Shown one piece after another: positions 11,045 to 23,700 of a DNA stretch of 64,000 nucleotides; the stretch's first letter is position 1; every line of letters begins with the position of its first letter. The translations under genes were made by a program, and so were the position numbers. A model generated the notes under the pieces. The model was not told where the DNA came from. It saw nothing but the letters and a program-made list of their open reading frames with translations, and did not search any database. The stretch spans positions 1-64,000 of the forward strand of contig QPGO01000073.1 in NCBI GenBank assembly GCA_008632985.1. Direction: 5' to 3'. The stretch comes from Psammoneis japonica. Lineage: Eukaryota.

Positions 11045-14000
11045 TTTTGGGACTTGCCACAGGATGTGACTCATGATTTCCCGGAGCTTTGGTCCAGACG
11101 CGTTCCAGCCCTGGGTGGGAGCTCGCAGTGCTGACGTGTGACAACAACAATTTTTGTCATCCGTCGCATGTTTCGTGCACAGATTTCCACGTGTGACATT
11201 TAAAAAAAATTGTCCAGACTCGCTGTTTTGCGAAGCCCCAGACGTTTTACATGACAAATTTATGGAAACAACAATGCGCCAGTTACATTCTTCAATGTCT
11301 GAAGAATGTAACTTGCCAAGTAAAAAATGATCTGCTTCAATCATGTGCGAGTTTGTGCGTTCGCAAAATTGCCTCATTTTCTGTTGGCGATCATTGACAT
11401 TTTAATTGCCGCGTGATTTTACTGTGGAGCTCGCATGCAGAAGTCTGCGGGCCCAATGTCACACGGATTCCCACCTGCATCTGGAACGCGTCTCCAGGCA
11501 ACAACTCAGTCAGCACGTCCGCCAGATTCGTGCGCCCATCTTCCCAAGCAATGCGCGCCATTCCAGCGGCTTGTGCCTCACGAGTCCTGTGACAGGCAAT
11601 TGCATTGTGCTTCTTCTTCAAAGTGGACTCTGGTTTAGTTGAGTTCTTGAAGACAGCTTCATTGTTGCAGAAAATGTCAGTGGCCCCATCCATGGGGATT
11701 CCGAGCATCTGAAGCTTGCAGCGCAAGGCTTCAATTTGCTCCACTGCAGTCTTCACAGCCACGAACTCCGACCCAAAAGTGGAGGACTCTACGGCATTCT
11801 GCCGCTTGGAGTGACACATGATGGGTGCTCGTTGGATGAACATCAGGGTCCCAGTGTGGGACCTGCGCATCACACGGCATCCGGCGTGATCAGCATCGAC
11901 AAAGCAAGCAGTGGTCATGCTGTTCCCGCATGCTTCCAGCATGTTTGGCGGCATTGGTTCAGCCGCACCAGGGCAACATTCTTCCCAATCACACTTGGCA
12001 AAATGACTCTCGTCAAAGACAGGCTCAGTGTCATCGAACACTGGTGCAGACTCAGAGTGAGCCTTCAAGTGTGCAAAGATGTGGAGCACCTCGTCCAGGT
12101 GTCCAACTCGTGGTGCTGCCAAGCAGGAGGACATGAGCGAGACAGCGACAAAAATGTCCATGCGCCCCAGCTCAACTGCCCATCGTAGCACACCAACAAG
12201 GCCTTGGTGGCAGTTGGCCGTTCTGGCATTCAACTCAGGTGAGCCATCCAGTTCAGGCCCACATCCCAAGCTCAATGGCATCAACACCTTCGTCAGAAGG
12301 CACCTGTCAGTTTTCTTGAGCTCCAGCTCAACATCAGCTGATGCCCTTTTGACACACAAAGGTCAGAGGACATGGCCCAGCATGTCTTGCCATCCGAGTC
12401 AGACAACTGGTGCTTTCTGATCTGGGTGCCTGAGCGCTCTTCCGGCTCGCAGACACTTCCGTCCTTGAGCGTGTGCCCAGAGCTCATGTAATCCATGACC
12501 TTCTGAGGTTCATGGGAGACGCACAACAAGTCGTCCATGCAAACAAGTGCATGTTCCCAGCACTTGAAGCCATCCGGCTTAACTGCAGCTTGCATCCAAA
12601 CGTCTGGGTCAGCCTTGCAAGACTCGAACCCAGCATCACGCAAAGTTGCTGCCATGTGTTCTCTAAATCTTGCACCTGAAGACTTGAGACCACACAAGGC
12701 TCGGACAATGATTGCCGGCCTTCCTTTGTTGTGCTTCCCAAATTCCAGGCCAGCAGCAGCACAACACTTCTCCTTGGTGTGTGCATTCAAACAGGCATTC
12801 TGAACGTCGGCACTCAGGACCTCCAGGTTGTTGAGGGCTGCCATGGTGAATGCCATCCTAACACTGTCACGTGAAACCATGCTGGAACAAGTTGATTCTT
12901 TAGGTGGATCGGTCTGATGGCCTCCGGCCACGAACCTCACTTTACATTGGTTTGGTGCTCTTGATGTCAAAGATCACATGACAATCAACATGTTTGTGCC
13001 CGACCGGAACAGTGTCGTCATCGCGGAATTCGAGTGCAGGCATGACGTCATGCATTTCCCTCTTGATGGCCTTGAACCAGAAGTCAGTCCCCATTCTGTT
13101 GTCTGTTTCCATGGCTTCCTCAACAGAATTCAGGAGTTCAATTCTGAGCTGATGCGCGCACATTTCCAGCAACGCGACTTGACTTTCTTTAAGATCCTTG
13201 ACCTGTGATGCAAGACGTCTTGGACCAACCAGTTAAAAGCCGGTTCACTGGCTGCCTTGTTCGCCACAGCGTGCTCAGCAACCTTGACTGGACTGGATTC
13301 CTTCAAATCCTTGAGGGGAACCCAGGATGTGGTCCCATCCTTCCATTTGACTTGTGGGTCCCAACCTGCGGTCGTCCTCCCAGGAGCACGCCTGCCAGTC
13401 TCAGTCGTCATGCACCCGTTGTCAGCCTTTACAGCGCGGGCATCACTTTGGTGATCGACTGTTTCCTTCATGATTTGGCAGGCATTGCCTTCAGAGTCTG
13501 TCTGAGCAAATAGATTCTCTGCAATTTTGCCAGCAGCACAGGAGTCAGTGGATCCATCAGGGAATTCCACGTCATGTGTCCTTGAGTCTGGGACAGAGTT
13601 GTTGTTCCTGGTGCCAATGGGAACCCCGTCACTGTCCCGTTTGCATGCAACAACCCTGGCATGGGTCAGCTCACCTCCACATGGTGACATGACTTGAGCT
13701 GTGAGGCACTCGTCAAGCCCCTCCGGGGTGCACTCATCAGCTTCTGGTTTGGAAGCGTCGGGTTCCATGGGTTCAACAGCATTGCCCCATTTGTCCATGA
13801 AGTCATCAGGGAGTTCAGGGAAGTCAGCATTGGTGCCCTGTTCCAGGATGTCAAGTCATTCGATCAAGACCTGATCGACTGACACAAGATCCGCTTTGAT
13901 CGCCGGAGTTTCAAGGTCATCCTCCGGCATGGCCCACACATCTTTCCGAATGATGGGTCTGCCTGATTCGGGCAGGATGACAAATGCCATGTCGTCAGCG

Positions 14001-17000
14001 CAGTTGCAGTTGTTGGCTGCTCTGAGCCAATGGCCAATGCACTTCTTCTCATGTGGGAACTCTGCCACAGGCATGCAACAGTGGACAGGTTGATGCCAAT
14101 CAAAGAGAGAGAGGGATGAGATGTCAGGTGTTGAGCCTGTCACCTCCTCTTCTGGGACTCATCCTCCCACATCCAACATGCCAGTTGCAATCATGCGTCG
14201 GATGTCACATGTCCATTTGGCACTGCAGGACCAAAGTCACCTGTGAGTGCCAGTCCAGCACAGAGTCACGCAGACTCTTTTCTTCAACTCACAAATGGAT
14301 GCCTCGGCTGGGTTCTGCCAGAGGCTGTGTGGGGTGGACACCTCCTGGTGTGTCCTGTGTTCCTTGCAAATGTCCTTGGTCTGGCCTTCTGCCATTTCCG
14401 GCATGCCATCCAACACAAGGACTTGCGGCATGCCAACATCATGTGCAAATGACATGACGGCGTTTGGGTGGTCCTTTTTCTTTTCCAAGGATGGAACCCA
14501 TCATGCCCTCTTCCGTTGGCAAATGCACTTCCTCCCATCTCGCCACGCATCGATTTGACCTTCGAAAACATCTGGTCAGAGTAGAAGCATCCCTTGACAG
14601 CAGGGAACTTAAGCCACGGGGCTTTCTTTTGAACTTTCCGTTTGAATGGTGTGCAGACATTGTGGACCCCTGCCTGGGTTGCCACTCTAAGGGTGTTCTC
14701 AGTGGCCGTCAGACCAACGTCCCACCTCTAGAGAGTGTCTCGGGTGTGACAGTCGATGCACGACTCAAGGCTGACAGCGCATGCTCCCGTTTCTGCTCGG
14801 CACAATCCGGGTGGACATCCAGGTCACACGGGTCGTGCAGCCCGTCTCCCTCAACCACCCACCGCAGCACACCAACAAGGCCTTGACAGCAGTCAGCCGT
14901 TTTGGCATTCAACTCAGGTGAGCCATCCAGTTCAGGCCCACATCCCGAGCTCAAGGGCGTCGACACCTTCGTCGGAAGATGCCTGTCAGTTTTCTTGCAC
15001 TCTAATTCAACGTCAGCCAATGCTCTTTTGACACAAAGGTCAGAGGACACAGCCCAGCGTGTCTCACCATCTGAGTCAGACAGCTGGCACTTTCTGATCT
15101 GGGCGCCTGAGCACTCTTCTGGCTCGCAGACGCTTCCGTCCTTGAGCGTGCACCTGGAGCTCACACAATCCATGACCTTCTGAGGTTCATGGGAGACGCA
15201 CAACCAGTCATCCACGTAGACAAGCACATGTTCCCAGCACTTGAAGCCATCCGGCTTAACCGCAGCCCGCATCCAGACATCCGGGTCAGCCTTGCAAGAC
15301 TCAAACCCAGCGTCATGCAGAGCAGCTGCCACATGTTCCCTAAATCTTGCGCCTGAAGATTTGAGACAATGCAAGGCCCGGACAATGATCACCGGCCTTC
15401 CTTTGTTCTGCTTCCCAAATTCCAGGCCAGCAGTGGTGTGACACTTTTCCTTGGTGTGTGCATTCAAGCAGGCATTCTGAACGTCAGCACTCAGGACCTC
15501 CAGGTCATTCAGAGCTGCCACAGTGAATGCCATCCCAACGCTGTCACGCGACACCACGCTGGAACATGTCGATTCCTCAGGCAGATTGGTTTGATGGCCT
15601 CCAGCCACGAACCTTGCTTTGCGTTGGAGAGTGCTCTTGATGTCAAAGATCACATGACAGTCAATGTGTTTGCACCCGACCGGTGCAGCATCGTCATCGC
15701 GGAATTCAAATGCAGGCATGACGTTGCGCATTTCCTTCTTGATGGCTTTGAACCAGAAGTCGGTCCCCGTTCTGTCATCCATCTCCATGGCTTCCTCAAC
15801 AGATTTTGGGAGTTCAATTCCGAACTTGTGCATGCGTTTCCAGTGACGTGACTTGACTTTCTTCAGGATCCTTGACCTGCGGTGCAAGACGTCTTGGACC
15901 CACCAGTTGAAGGCTGGTTCACTGGCTGCTTTGTTTGCTGCAGCGTGCTCAGCAACCTCGACTGGGTTGGACTCCTTCAAATCCTTGAGAGGAACCCAGG
16001 ATGCAGTCCCATCCTTCCATTCGACCTGCAGGTCCCAGCCTGCTGTTGTCCTCCTGGGAGCACGCCTGCCAGTCTCAGTCATCATGCACCCATCATCGGC
16101 CGTCACAGCACGGCATCACGTCGGTGATTGACTGTTTCCTTCATGATCTGGCAGGCATTCCCTTCAGAGTCGATCTGAGCGAACAGGTTCTCTGCAATTA
16201 CGTTGGCAGCACAGGAATCAGTGGATCCGTCAGGGAATTCCACATCGTGTGCTCTCGAGTCCAGGACAGGGTTGTCGTTCCCAGTGCCAACAGGAACCCC
16301 GTCGCCATCTTGCTTGCGTGCAATGACCCCAGCATGAGTCAGCTCGCCTCCACGTGGCAACATGACTTGAGCTGTGAGACATTCATCTGGCCCTTCCGGG
16401 GTGCACTCATCAGTTTCCGGTTTGGAAGCGTCGGGTTCCACGGGTTCAATGGCATCGTCCCATTCATCCATGAAGTCGTCAGGGAGTTCAGGGAAGTCAG
16501 CACTGGCATCCTTTTCCAGGATGCTGAGCCGTTCGATCAAAGCTTGATCGACCGATGCAAGTTCCGTCTGGATCGCCGGAGTTTTAAGGTCATCCTCCGG
16601 CATGGCCCACACATCCTTCCAAATGATGGGTTTGCCTGATTCGGGCAAAATGATGAATGCCATGTCATCAGTGCAGTTGTCAGCTGCTCTGAGCCAACGG
16701 CCAATGCACTTCTTTTGTGTGGGAACTCCGCCACAGGCATGTGGCAACAAACAGGTTGACACCGGTCAAAGAGAGAGAGAGGGAAGAGATTTCGGGTGTC
16801 GAACCCGTCACCTCCTCTTCTGGGACTTGTCCTCCCATGTCCGATGTGCTGGTCGCAATCATGCAACGGATGTCACACATCCATTTGGTGCTGCAGGACC
16901 AAAGTCGCCTGTGAGCGCCAGTCCGGCGCAGAGTCACACGGACTCTTTTCTTCAACTCACGAATGGATGCCTCGGCCAGGTTCTGCCAGGGGCTGCAAGG

Positions 17001-19747
17001 GGTGGACACCTCCTGGTGCATCCTGCATTCCTTGCAGATCTCCTTGGTCTGGCCTTCCACCATTTCTGGCGCGCCATCCGACACAAGGACCTGCGGCACG
17101 CCAACATCATGTGTGGATGACATGATGGCGTCCGGGTGGTCCTGTTTCCTCTTCCAAGGATGGAACCATCACACCCTCTTCCGTTGGCAAATGCGCTTCC
17201 TCCTGTCTCGCCATGTGTCGATTTGACCTTTGAAAACATTTGGTCGGAGTAGAGTTGTCCCTTGGTTGCAGGGAACTTGAGCCAAGGGGCTTTCTTCCAG
17301 ACTTTCCGTTTGGATGGTGTGCAGACATTGCGGACCCCTGCCTGGGTCGTCACTCTGTGGGCATTCTCAGTGGCCGTCAGGCCAATGTTCCACCTTTTAG
17401 AGAGTGTCTCGGGCGTGACAGTTGATGCACGACTCGAGGTCGACAGTGCATGCACCCGTTTCCGCTCGGCACAATCCGGGTGGACATCCAGGTCATGCCA
17501 GTCATGCAGCCCGTCTCCCTCAGTGTCGTTGTGGGAGACATTTGCCTGAGCAACCAGGTGGTGATACAATGAATCATCGTCATTGGCATCCATGATGACA
17601 TTGTCATCGTGACAGGACGTTTGGCATGAAAGAATGGAGGCAACACACCTGGTCGCATTCATCATCGCCGACCGTCCATCCGACTTTGCTGATCCTTGGC
17701 GCACACCAGCACATGCATGCGCTTCCTCCTTTTGCGCCAGGGCATCAGCAGAAGGCTCCCATCTCAGGGGTGATGTGAGTTCCAGCCGGGGGAGGTTCTC
17801 CAGATCCTCCTTTGTCAGCTTGTGTGAATCAAAGACTGAAGCAACACCTCGCAGTTTCGCAATGGGATCCTGATCTTTGAGTCAGGGAAAGAAATGGAGT
17901 GTGTGCCAGTCGGATCAAACTGGTGAGGGGTGTCGTGGACAATCAGCCCATTCGCTCGCAGTTGGTTGGGGCACAGGAGGGTGTTGGTCATCTTGTCCCC
18001 GAAAAACATGGCCTCGTGGACTGGGAGCAGGTGTGGTTGTCCATCAGTTGGATCAACCCACACGGCAGCAGCCGTGCAAATGGGAATGTTTTCCATTGGT
18101 GCGCGCTCTTCGGAGCAGGGGTGAACCACGACAGTTCTGTCGATGTCAGAGCACATCACAAAATTGGACCCAACAGCACACGTGTCAGCGTGCGAGTCCA
18201 AATCAGTGGTGGCTTTGTCATCTGAATTTCCAGCAGATGACAAAGAGACATGTGCATCATTTAAAAATTGCCTGGACAAATGAACAGTGCCAGCAGGTGT
18301 GGCAACAATCGGTTCTACACCTGCCAGTGCTGGCGCAACTGTTCATTCCTCCTTCTGAGGTTTCTCATGCGCACTGCGTCCGAACTGGGTACCTGCATTG
18401 GCGGCAGGTTTGTCAGGCTCTTTGGAGTCTTTCGGTGCATCAGCAGGTTGAGAAGTGGGCTCGGCAACAGCCACTTTCTTTGCACACGAGTTTAGCCTCC
18501 GAGGACGCAGCAGCAGCTTTGCGTTTCTTCTCAGCCTTCTTGGCATCGCGGAGCTTTTGGACTTGCTCTCATTCGGGACCGTCAAGAGCACTCCACTCTT
18601 CGACAGGACAATGGCCTGCCCGGATTCTGGGCTTGTCCTTTTTAGGTTGGTGCTTCCCACCAGGGTCAGTGCGCCAATTGTTGCGGCATTGGATGGATGC
18701 AACCCCGCGAGCATCAGCATTGCGGTTCTTGGCATTCTTGACCAGAGTTTTCACATGCTGCTGGCATGCCTCAAAGTCCGCTAGCTTCGTTGGGTCTCCA
18801 TCCACTGCGCTCTTGCCAGTTTCCAACCTGGGGTCGGAGATGCCCTTCAGAAAGTCAGAGACCTTCTTGGTCTTGGCTGCTGGTTCGTCAAGCTCAGACA
18901 AGTCGTTGTGAGCCTTTTGATGATGCTGAATGTGCTGGTCAAATGTAAATCGACCCCATCCGGTGTGCTTTGCAGCAGCAATCTGTGCATGAGCACGGTT
19001 CTTTCAGGCAGTGGCAGCAGCCGATCCTTCCGCCTGCCTCTCAAGTGTGAAGAAGGCAGCACGACCATCGCGATTGCGATTGGAAGGTTTGACAAAAGCC
19101 CATCCGGGCCCCCCTGTCACCAACTTCTTCAAGAGGTCATGCAGGCGTTGCCTGTCCTGTGCATGCTGAGCTCCTGCAAGATGGGCAGCAGCAACAAGGT
19201 CCTCGTCAATGGCAGTGCAGGCAGCAGCCAACATCGCAGCGGTGACTTCTTCATGTTCCCCAACCAGGCAGACAAGGGGCACTCCGGCAACGGCACTGCG
19301 GTGGTGACGCAGTTCGGTCTCCAATGGCTCCTGGAAGGTGGGCCAGTCATGTGGGTTCTTGAGTTCCACGGCGGTTTTGGCAGCCAATTCGTCATCCGAG
19401 TCGGCGGACTTGAATTGCTCCAGTTCCGTCAGACGTGCCGTCCATGTCCCAATGACGTCGCCAGCGAAGAGAGCAGCGGTCGGCTCTTGATTCTGAGCTC
19501 TGCGGCAGTCAATCCATGCGCGCAGTGCCTTGAGCTTGCGATTTGCCAGGTGGGGAAAGCGGACTTGGGGGGCAGCGGCGGCATCCACGCTTTTCATGAT
19601 GCCCTTGGTCATGTCGGCAATTTCCATCAAAGGAACCTGTTCCAGGTCCTTGATCGCAGCAAAGCCTTGGCGGGCCATGCAGGCACACGTCTGTGCATTG
19701 CACCCACAATGCGCAAGACAGGCGGCAAAGGCTGCGGCAGCGGCCAT
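11045..19747 (-). pseudogene. Copia 1 gag-pol, frameshifted and hypermutated
   Basis: Gag ~19747-18340, protease ~18250-17850, two integrase/RT copies, RNase H ending LLPG|PKLREIMSHILW across the MITE; many frameshifts. Confidence 0.9.
11097..11492. mobile_element. MITE, GAC...GTC family, subtype A, inserted in the copia 1 RNase H end
   Basis: Perfect GACGCGTTCCAG / CTGGAACGCGTC ends; TSD TCCA; removing it rejoins the RNase H protein. Confidence 0.95.
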
Positions 19748-20293
19748 GGTGCATCAGCAGTTGTTCACGTTTCGACACGTGAGCATCCACTTGTGTGAGT
19801 GGAGGAAAGTGAGAAAAATGTGTGGTTCTCGTGCCGATTTGGCGGTTTCCACTTGGCGAACCCGCGAGCAGGCGGTGTCACCCCCAAGCAACAATGTCCA
19901 ACAGACATGCATCCACATGTGCAGTGTCCAAACAATTTGACAACGTACATTGATTGATGAAATGCACGTGATCAAATGACAGACCTCAACACACAAATCA
20001 TTGTGTTGTCTTTGTCACGAATGTTCACACATCTCAGCCACCACATTCCATCCACGTGATCAAACATTTTGCATGCTAACGTCATGTCTAACGGATCACA
20101 GCTCTGGTCTCCAAGAGCATGTTGTTCACATCCATGAATGTTGACACACACAAAGGACTCAGCGATTGCGCGAGCAACCATGGGACCAACATGGTGCTTG
20201 CTGCAAAAATCGATCGATCGCAATGATGCCGTCGCACCGTTCGCGATGCCCATTCCAGGCGATGAACATCACAGCGTGTTGGCTCTGACAAAG

Positions 20294-20477
20294 TGAACAA
20301 ATGCCACCATGACAGCCAAGAGTTGGGTGCAAGACAAGACAGAGTGTTGAACAGCATCAACAGGTTCTAGAATTGTGAGATGTCACGCTGCTGGGGCCAC
20401 TGAACAAGCGACAGTGGACCAATCGCCAATGGCACACAAACTGCCCACATTCGTGACAGCACATCAGCATTTGTTCA
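20294..20477 (-). repeat. 5' LTR of copia 1
   Basis: Terminal inverted repeat TGAACAAATG...CATTTGTTCA; flanked by GGCTCTGACAAAG (PBS-like). Confidence 0.9.
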
Positions 20478-20519
20478 AAAACAAGAAAAAGGCGCGCCGG
20501 CCCAACCCAAATCAAACAG

Positions 20520-20690
20520 GAACTGCTGCAATGCACTTGTTTTTTGTTCCCCTCCCTGAGGCCTTTTGGTCGTTCTTTCCCACTGAACTGCCCTCATTTC
20601 CCAGGAATTCCCCAAAAGGGCAAGGCAACTCCCCCTTGCCCTTGCCATTTTTGGGAATCCCCAATTGGGTGAAACCAAACTGAGCTGTTG
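20520..20690. repeat. Dispersed ~170-200-bp repeat; second copy at ~47445-47637
   Basis: Both copies share TTTTTGTTCCCCTCCCTGAG...CCCTCATTTCCCAGG...GGGCAAGGCAA...GGGAATCCCCAA...CAAACTGAGCTGTTG. Confidence 0.75.
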
Positions 20691-20796
20691 GCGTGCCATT
20701 GACAGGACAGGACAAGTTCTCCGCCCACCTTGGGCACTCCGTTGGCTGGTCTCTTGCTCTTGCAGACATTGACGTTCACCAAGAAAGATCGCCAGA

Positions 20797-23700
20797 CGAG
20801 CAAATCCCGATGCAGTCATGTGAGATGACATCACACCTTAAACCCAAGAGCCGATTGCATCGTGTGAGATTGTGTGGGAAAGAACAACAGCCAAACCGCG
20901 CACGTCAGCCCTGGACCAGGGGCTGACCGCTCCATTCAGATTTGCTTGGTCCCCGCGAAATGGCAGTCACAACGCCGATTCGTCTAAATGTAGAACATCC
21001 TCTCAAAGAGAGGCAAACACAAAAACCCAAATTCAAACCACCAGCTGTGCTGGCTTGGGAGGCCAAAACACGTGGGCACGAACCGCAGGTGCCTGGCCTT
21101 GGAGTCGGGACGCTGCCAAAAAACACAAGAACAAAGCTTCCAGCGCCGCTCGCCCGTCACCAACTTCGTGAACAAATCCGCCAAGTTTGTGTCCGTGTCC
21201 TCCTTTCCAACACAAATGACACCAGCTGCTGCCGCCTCACGAACCACATGACAGTCAATGGCATTGTGCTTCTTGTGCAGTGCAGATTCCGGGACACTGA
21301 CATTCTTCACCATGCCGCGGTTGTCGCAAAATGTGTTGGCAGGGCCTTCGATCGGTGCTCCAAACATGCGAAGCTTGCAACGCAAAGCAACAATCAACTC
21401 CTCACAAATTTGCATCGCAACCAACTCGCTGCCAAATGTTGCTGACTCCACTGTGTTCTGCCGCTTGCCAAACCAAATGATCGGAGCATTGTTCACAAAT
21501 GTCAAGATCCCGCTGTGTGACCTGCGAGTGACGACATTCCCCGCATGGCTGGCATCAATGAATCCAGACATGTTTGCCGGGTTGCCACGGGGCTTGGGCA
21601 TCCGTGGCGGCAACTCCTCCTCAATGTCCCCATGGAACTCCGTCCAATCCGCAGCAGAATTGAAAACAGATTCATCAATCTCAGGCATCTTCGGATCAAA
21701 ACCAATGCAACCGACGTTCAAATGCTTCTTCACACACGCAAACACATGACACAATGCTTCGAGGTGCCCTTTCCTTGGGTTGGCCTGGCACTGAGAGAGA
21801 ATGGAAACTTCATGCAAGATGTCGACGCGCCCCAGTTCAATCGCCCAGTGACAATGCCAATCAGCTGCAAATGTCCATCCACCAAATTGGGTCCCAATTC
21901 ATCTGCACAACCCGGCTTGAACTTGGAAGGCAATGGATCCTTGGCATTGCTCTTCAAGACTGCGCCATCTCTGTCCTCTTCCAATGGACCTTCCACCATC
22001 TTGATCGCCGACTTGACACATGATTTCGGTGAGCTTGCCCAAATGGTGCGCCCATCTTTGGTCTGAACCTTCTCGACGTCGGCTCCAAGGCATGATGCCG
22101 GCTCTCCTTTGCTCCCAGGTTTGACAGCAAACGATTCACCTGTGCTCTTGACGACAGACTTTCCTTGATGAGAAATGATTAGAATGTCATCAACATGCAC
22201 GAGCAGCATTTCATGACACTCGTGCCCATCGTCGCAAGTCGCTGCACGAATGCACACGTCGGGATCCGCCTTCGTAGATTCGAAACCCATGCCCCGCAAA
22301 GCCGAAGCCAACGCGGACCTCCATGAGCATCCTGAACTCTTCAAACCACACAGCGCTCGGGTCACAATTGGTGCCTTGCCTTGATGCTCCCCGCATTCCT
22401 TGCCACCTTTGAACCAAATCTTTTCCGCACACGGGGCATTTGGGCACGCGTTCTCTAGGTCGACAGCCGTGACATCCACTCCATTCAAAGCTGCCAACAG
22501 AAATCCCAACCGCACGCTGTCCCTCGAAACGACACTTGAACATGTGATCGATGATGGTGTCTCCGCAGTGTGACCTCCTGCAACAAATCTGGCCTTCCCA
22601 GTGAAATCCATCTTGACGTCAAACACCAAATGGCAACTGATCTCCTGGTGACCTCGCAAAGTTGCACTCTTGCCTTCCCGGACGACTTGAGGGGTTTCAG
22701 CTTCGTGTTTGTGCCACGAGACCTTGACCTCACTCATCTCCTTGTTTGATTGCACAAGCCCAATGGTCTGTCCCCGTTTCCTGGTCAATCTTCAAAGCAT
22801 CTTCTGCAGACTTGGGCAAACGCATGCGATGCATTCCAGCCCTGGGCGGGACTCCGTGTGACATTGGGCCCGCAGAATTCTGTGTGCGAGCTCCGCAGTG
22901 CAAGAATTTAACAAATGGATGTGTTTGTCTTCAACATCAAACAAACGGCCAAGTTTGTGGTGCAATTGTGCCTCTTGCCACTCGACATTTTTGCAAATGC
23001 GTCTGCCCCACGTGATTCTTAAGACATTGTAGAATCGCGCTGCAACAAAAAATGTCAAAAGTTTTTGGACGGATCGCTCAATGAGTGCACCGTAAAATGA
23101 CACAAAATGTCAAAAAAATCACGCAGAAATCTACATGCGCGACATACGACGAGATTCAAAAAACTGTTGATGTCACAGTTCAGCAGCACGAGGTCCCACC
23201 TAGACCTGGAGCACGTCATGCCGAACTTGTGGGCAGTGCGCCAACATTTCTTCTTAACCTTTGAAATGATCCGACTCCGCTTGCGCAATGCGCGTGTGAC
23301 CCACCAAGCAAAAGCTGGTTCTTCGGTCAACCTGTTTGCAACAGCATGCTCAGCAACTTCAATTGGGTTAGATTCCTTTAGATCCTTGAGCTTCACCCAT
23401 GACAAGCTGCCATCTTTCCATGCGACCAGCAACTTCCATCCTTTCGCAGTTGTCTTCTTGTGTTCCTTCCCCTTCCTGGGTCGGCATCGCTTTGCCAGTC
23501 TTCTCGTGGTCCTGCATCCTGCAAGATAGAATGTTGGTTGCCTTTGCTGTCAACTTGAGCAAACATGTTCTCCGCAATTGCATTGGTGTCAAACAATGGA
23601 CTCTGATGTCGGGTCCCAATCAGTTGCCCATCCTGGCCCCGTGCTCGTTTTGCTGTGACTCCTCGTCGCTCAGCGTTGGTCCCAAATTCAAACACAAGCT

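Larger units (their letters stand above)
10719..20477 (-). mobile_element. Ty1/copia LTR retrotransposon 1 (CoDi-like), decayed, with an internal 2.67-kb tandem duplication
   Basis: 184-bp LTRs at 10719-10902 and 20294-20477; PPT GAGGGGGC; PBS-like site 20280-20293; copia domain order gag, protease (DSHADT), integrase, RT (KARFVAGG, SSVVSRDS, YVDD), RNase H (DADHAG, STFGSEF, NLADVLT). Confidence 0.95.

Noticed and set aside
14709..16106. 465-aa ORF as a functional reverse transcriptase
   Set aside because: It keeps YVDD but has many substituted conserved residues, is frameshifted from upstream pol and runs into the duplication junction.
10714..20482. 5-bp TSD for copia 1
   Set aside because: Flanks read GAAAA and AAAAC; only an uninformative A-run matches.
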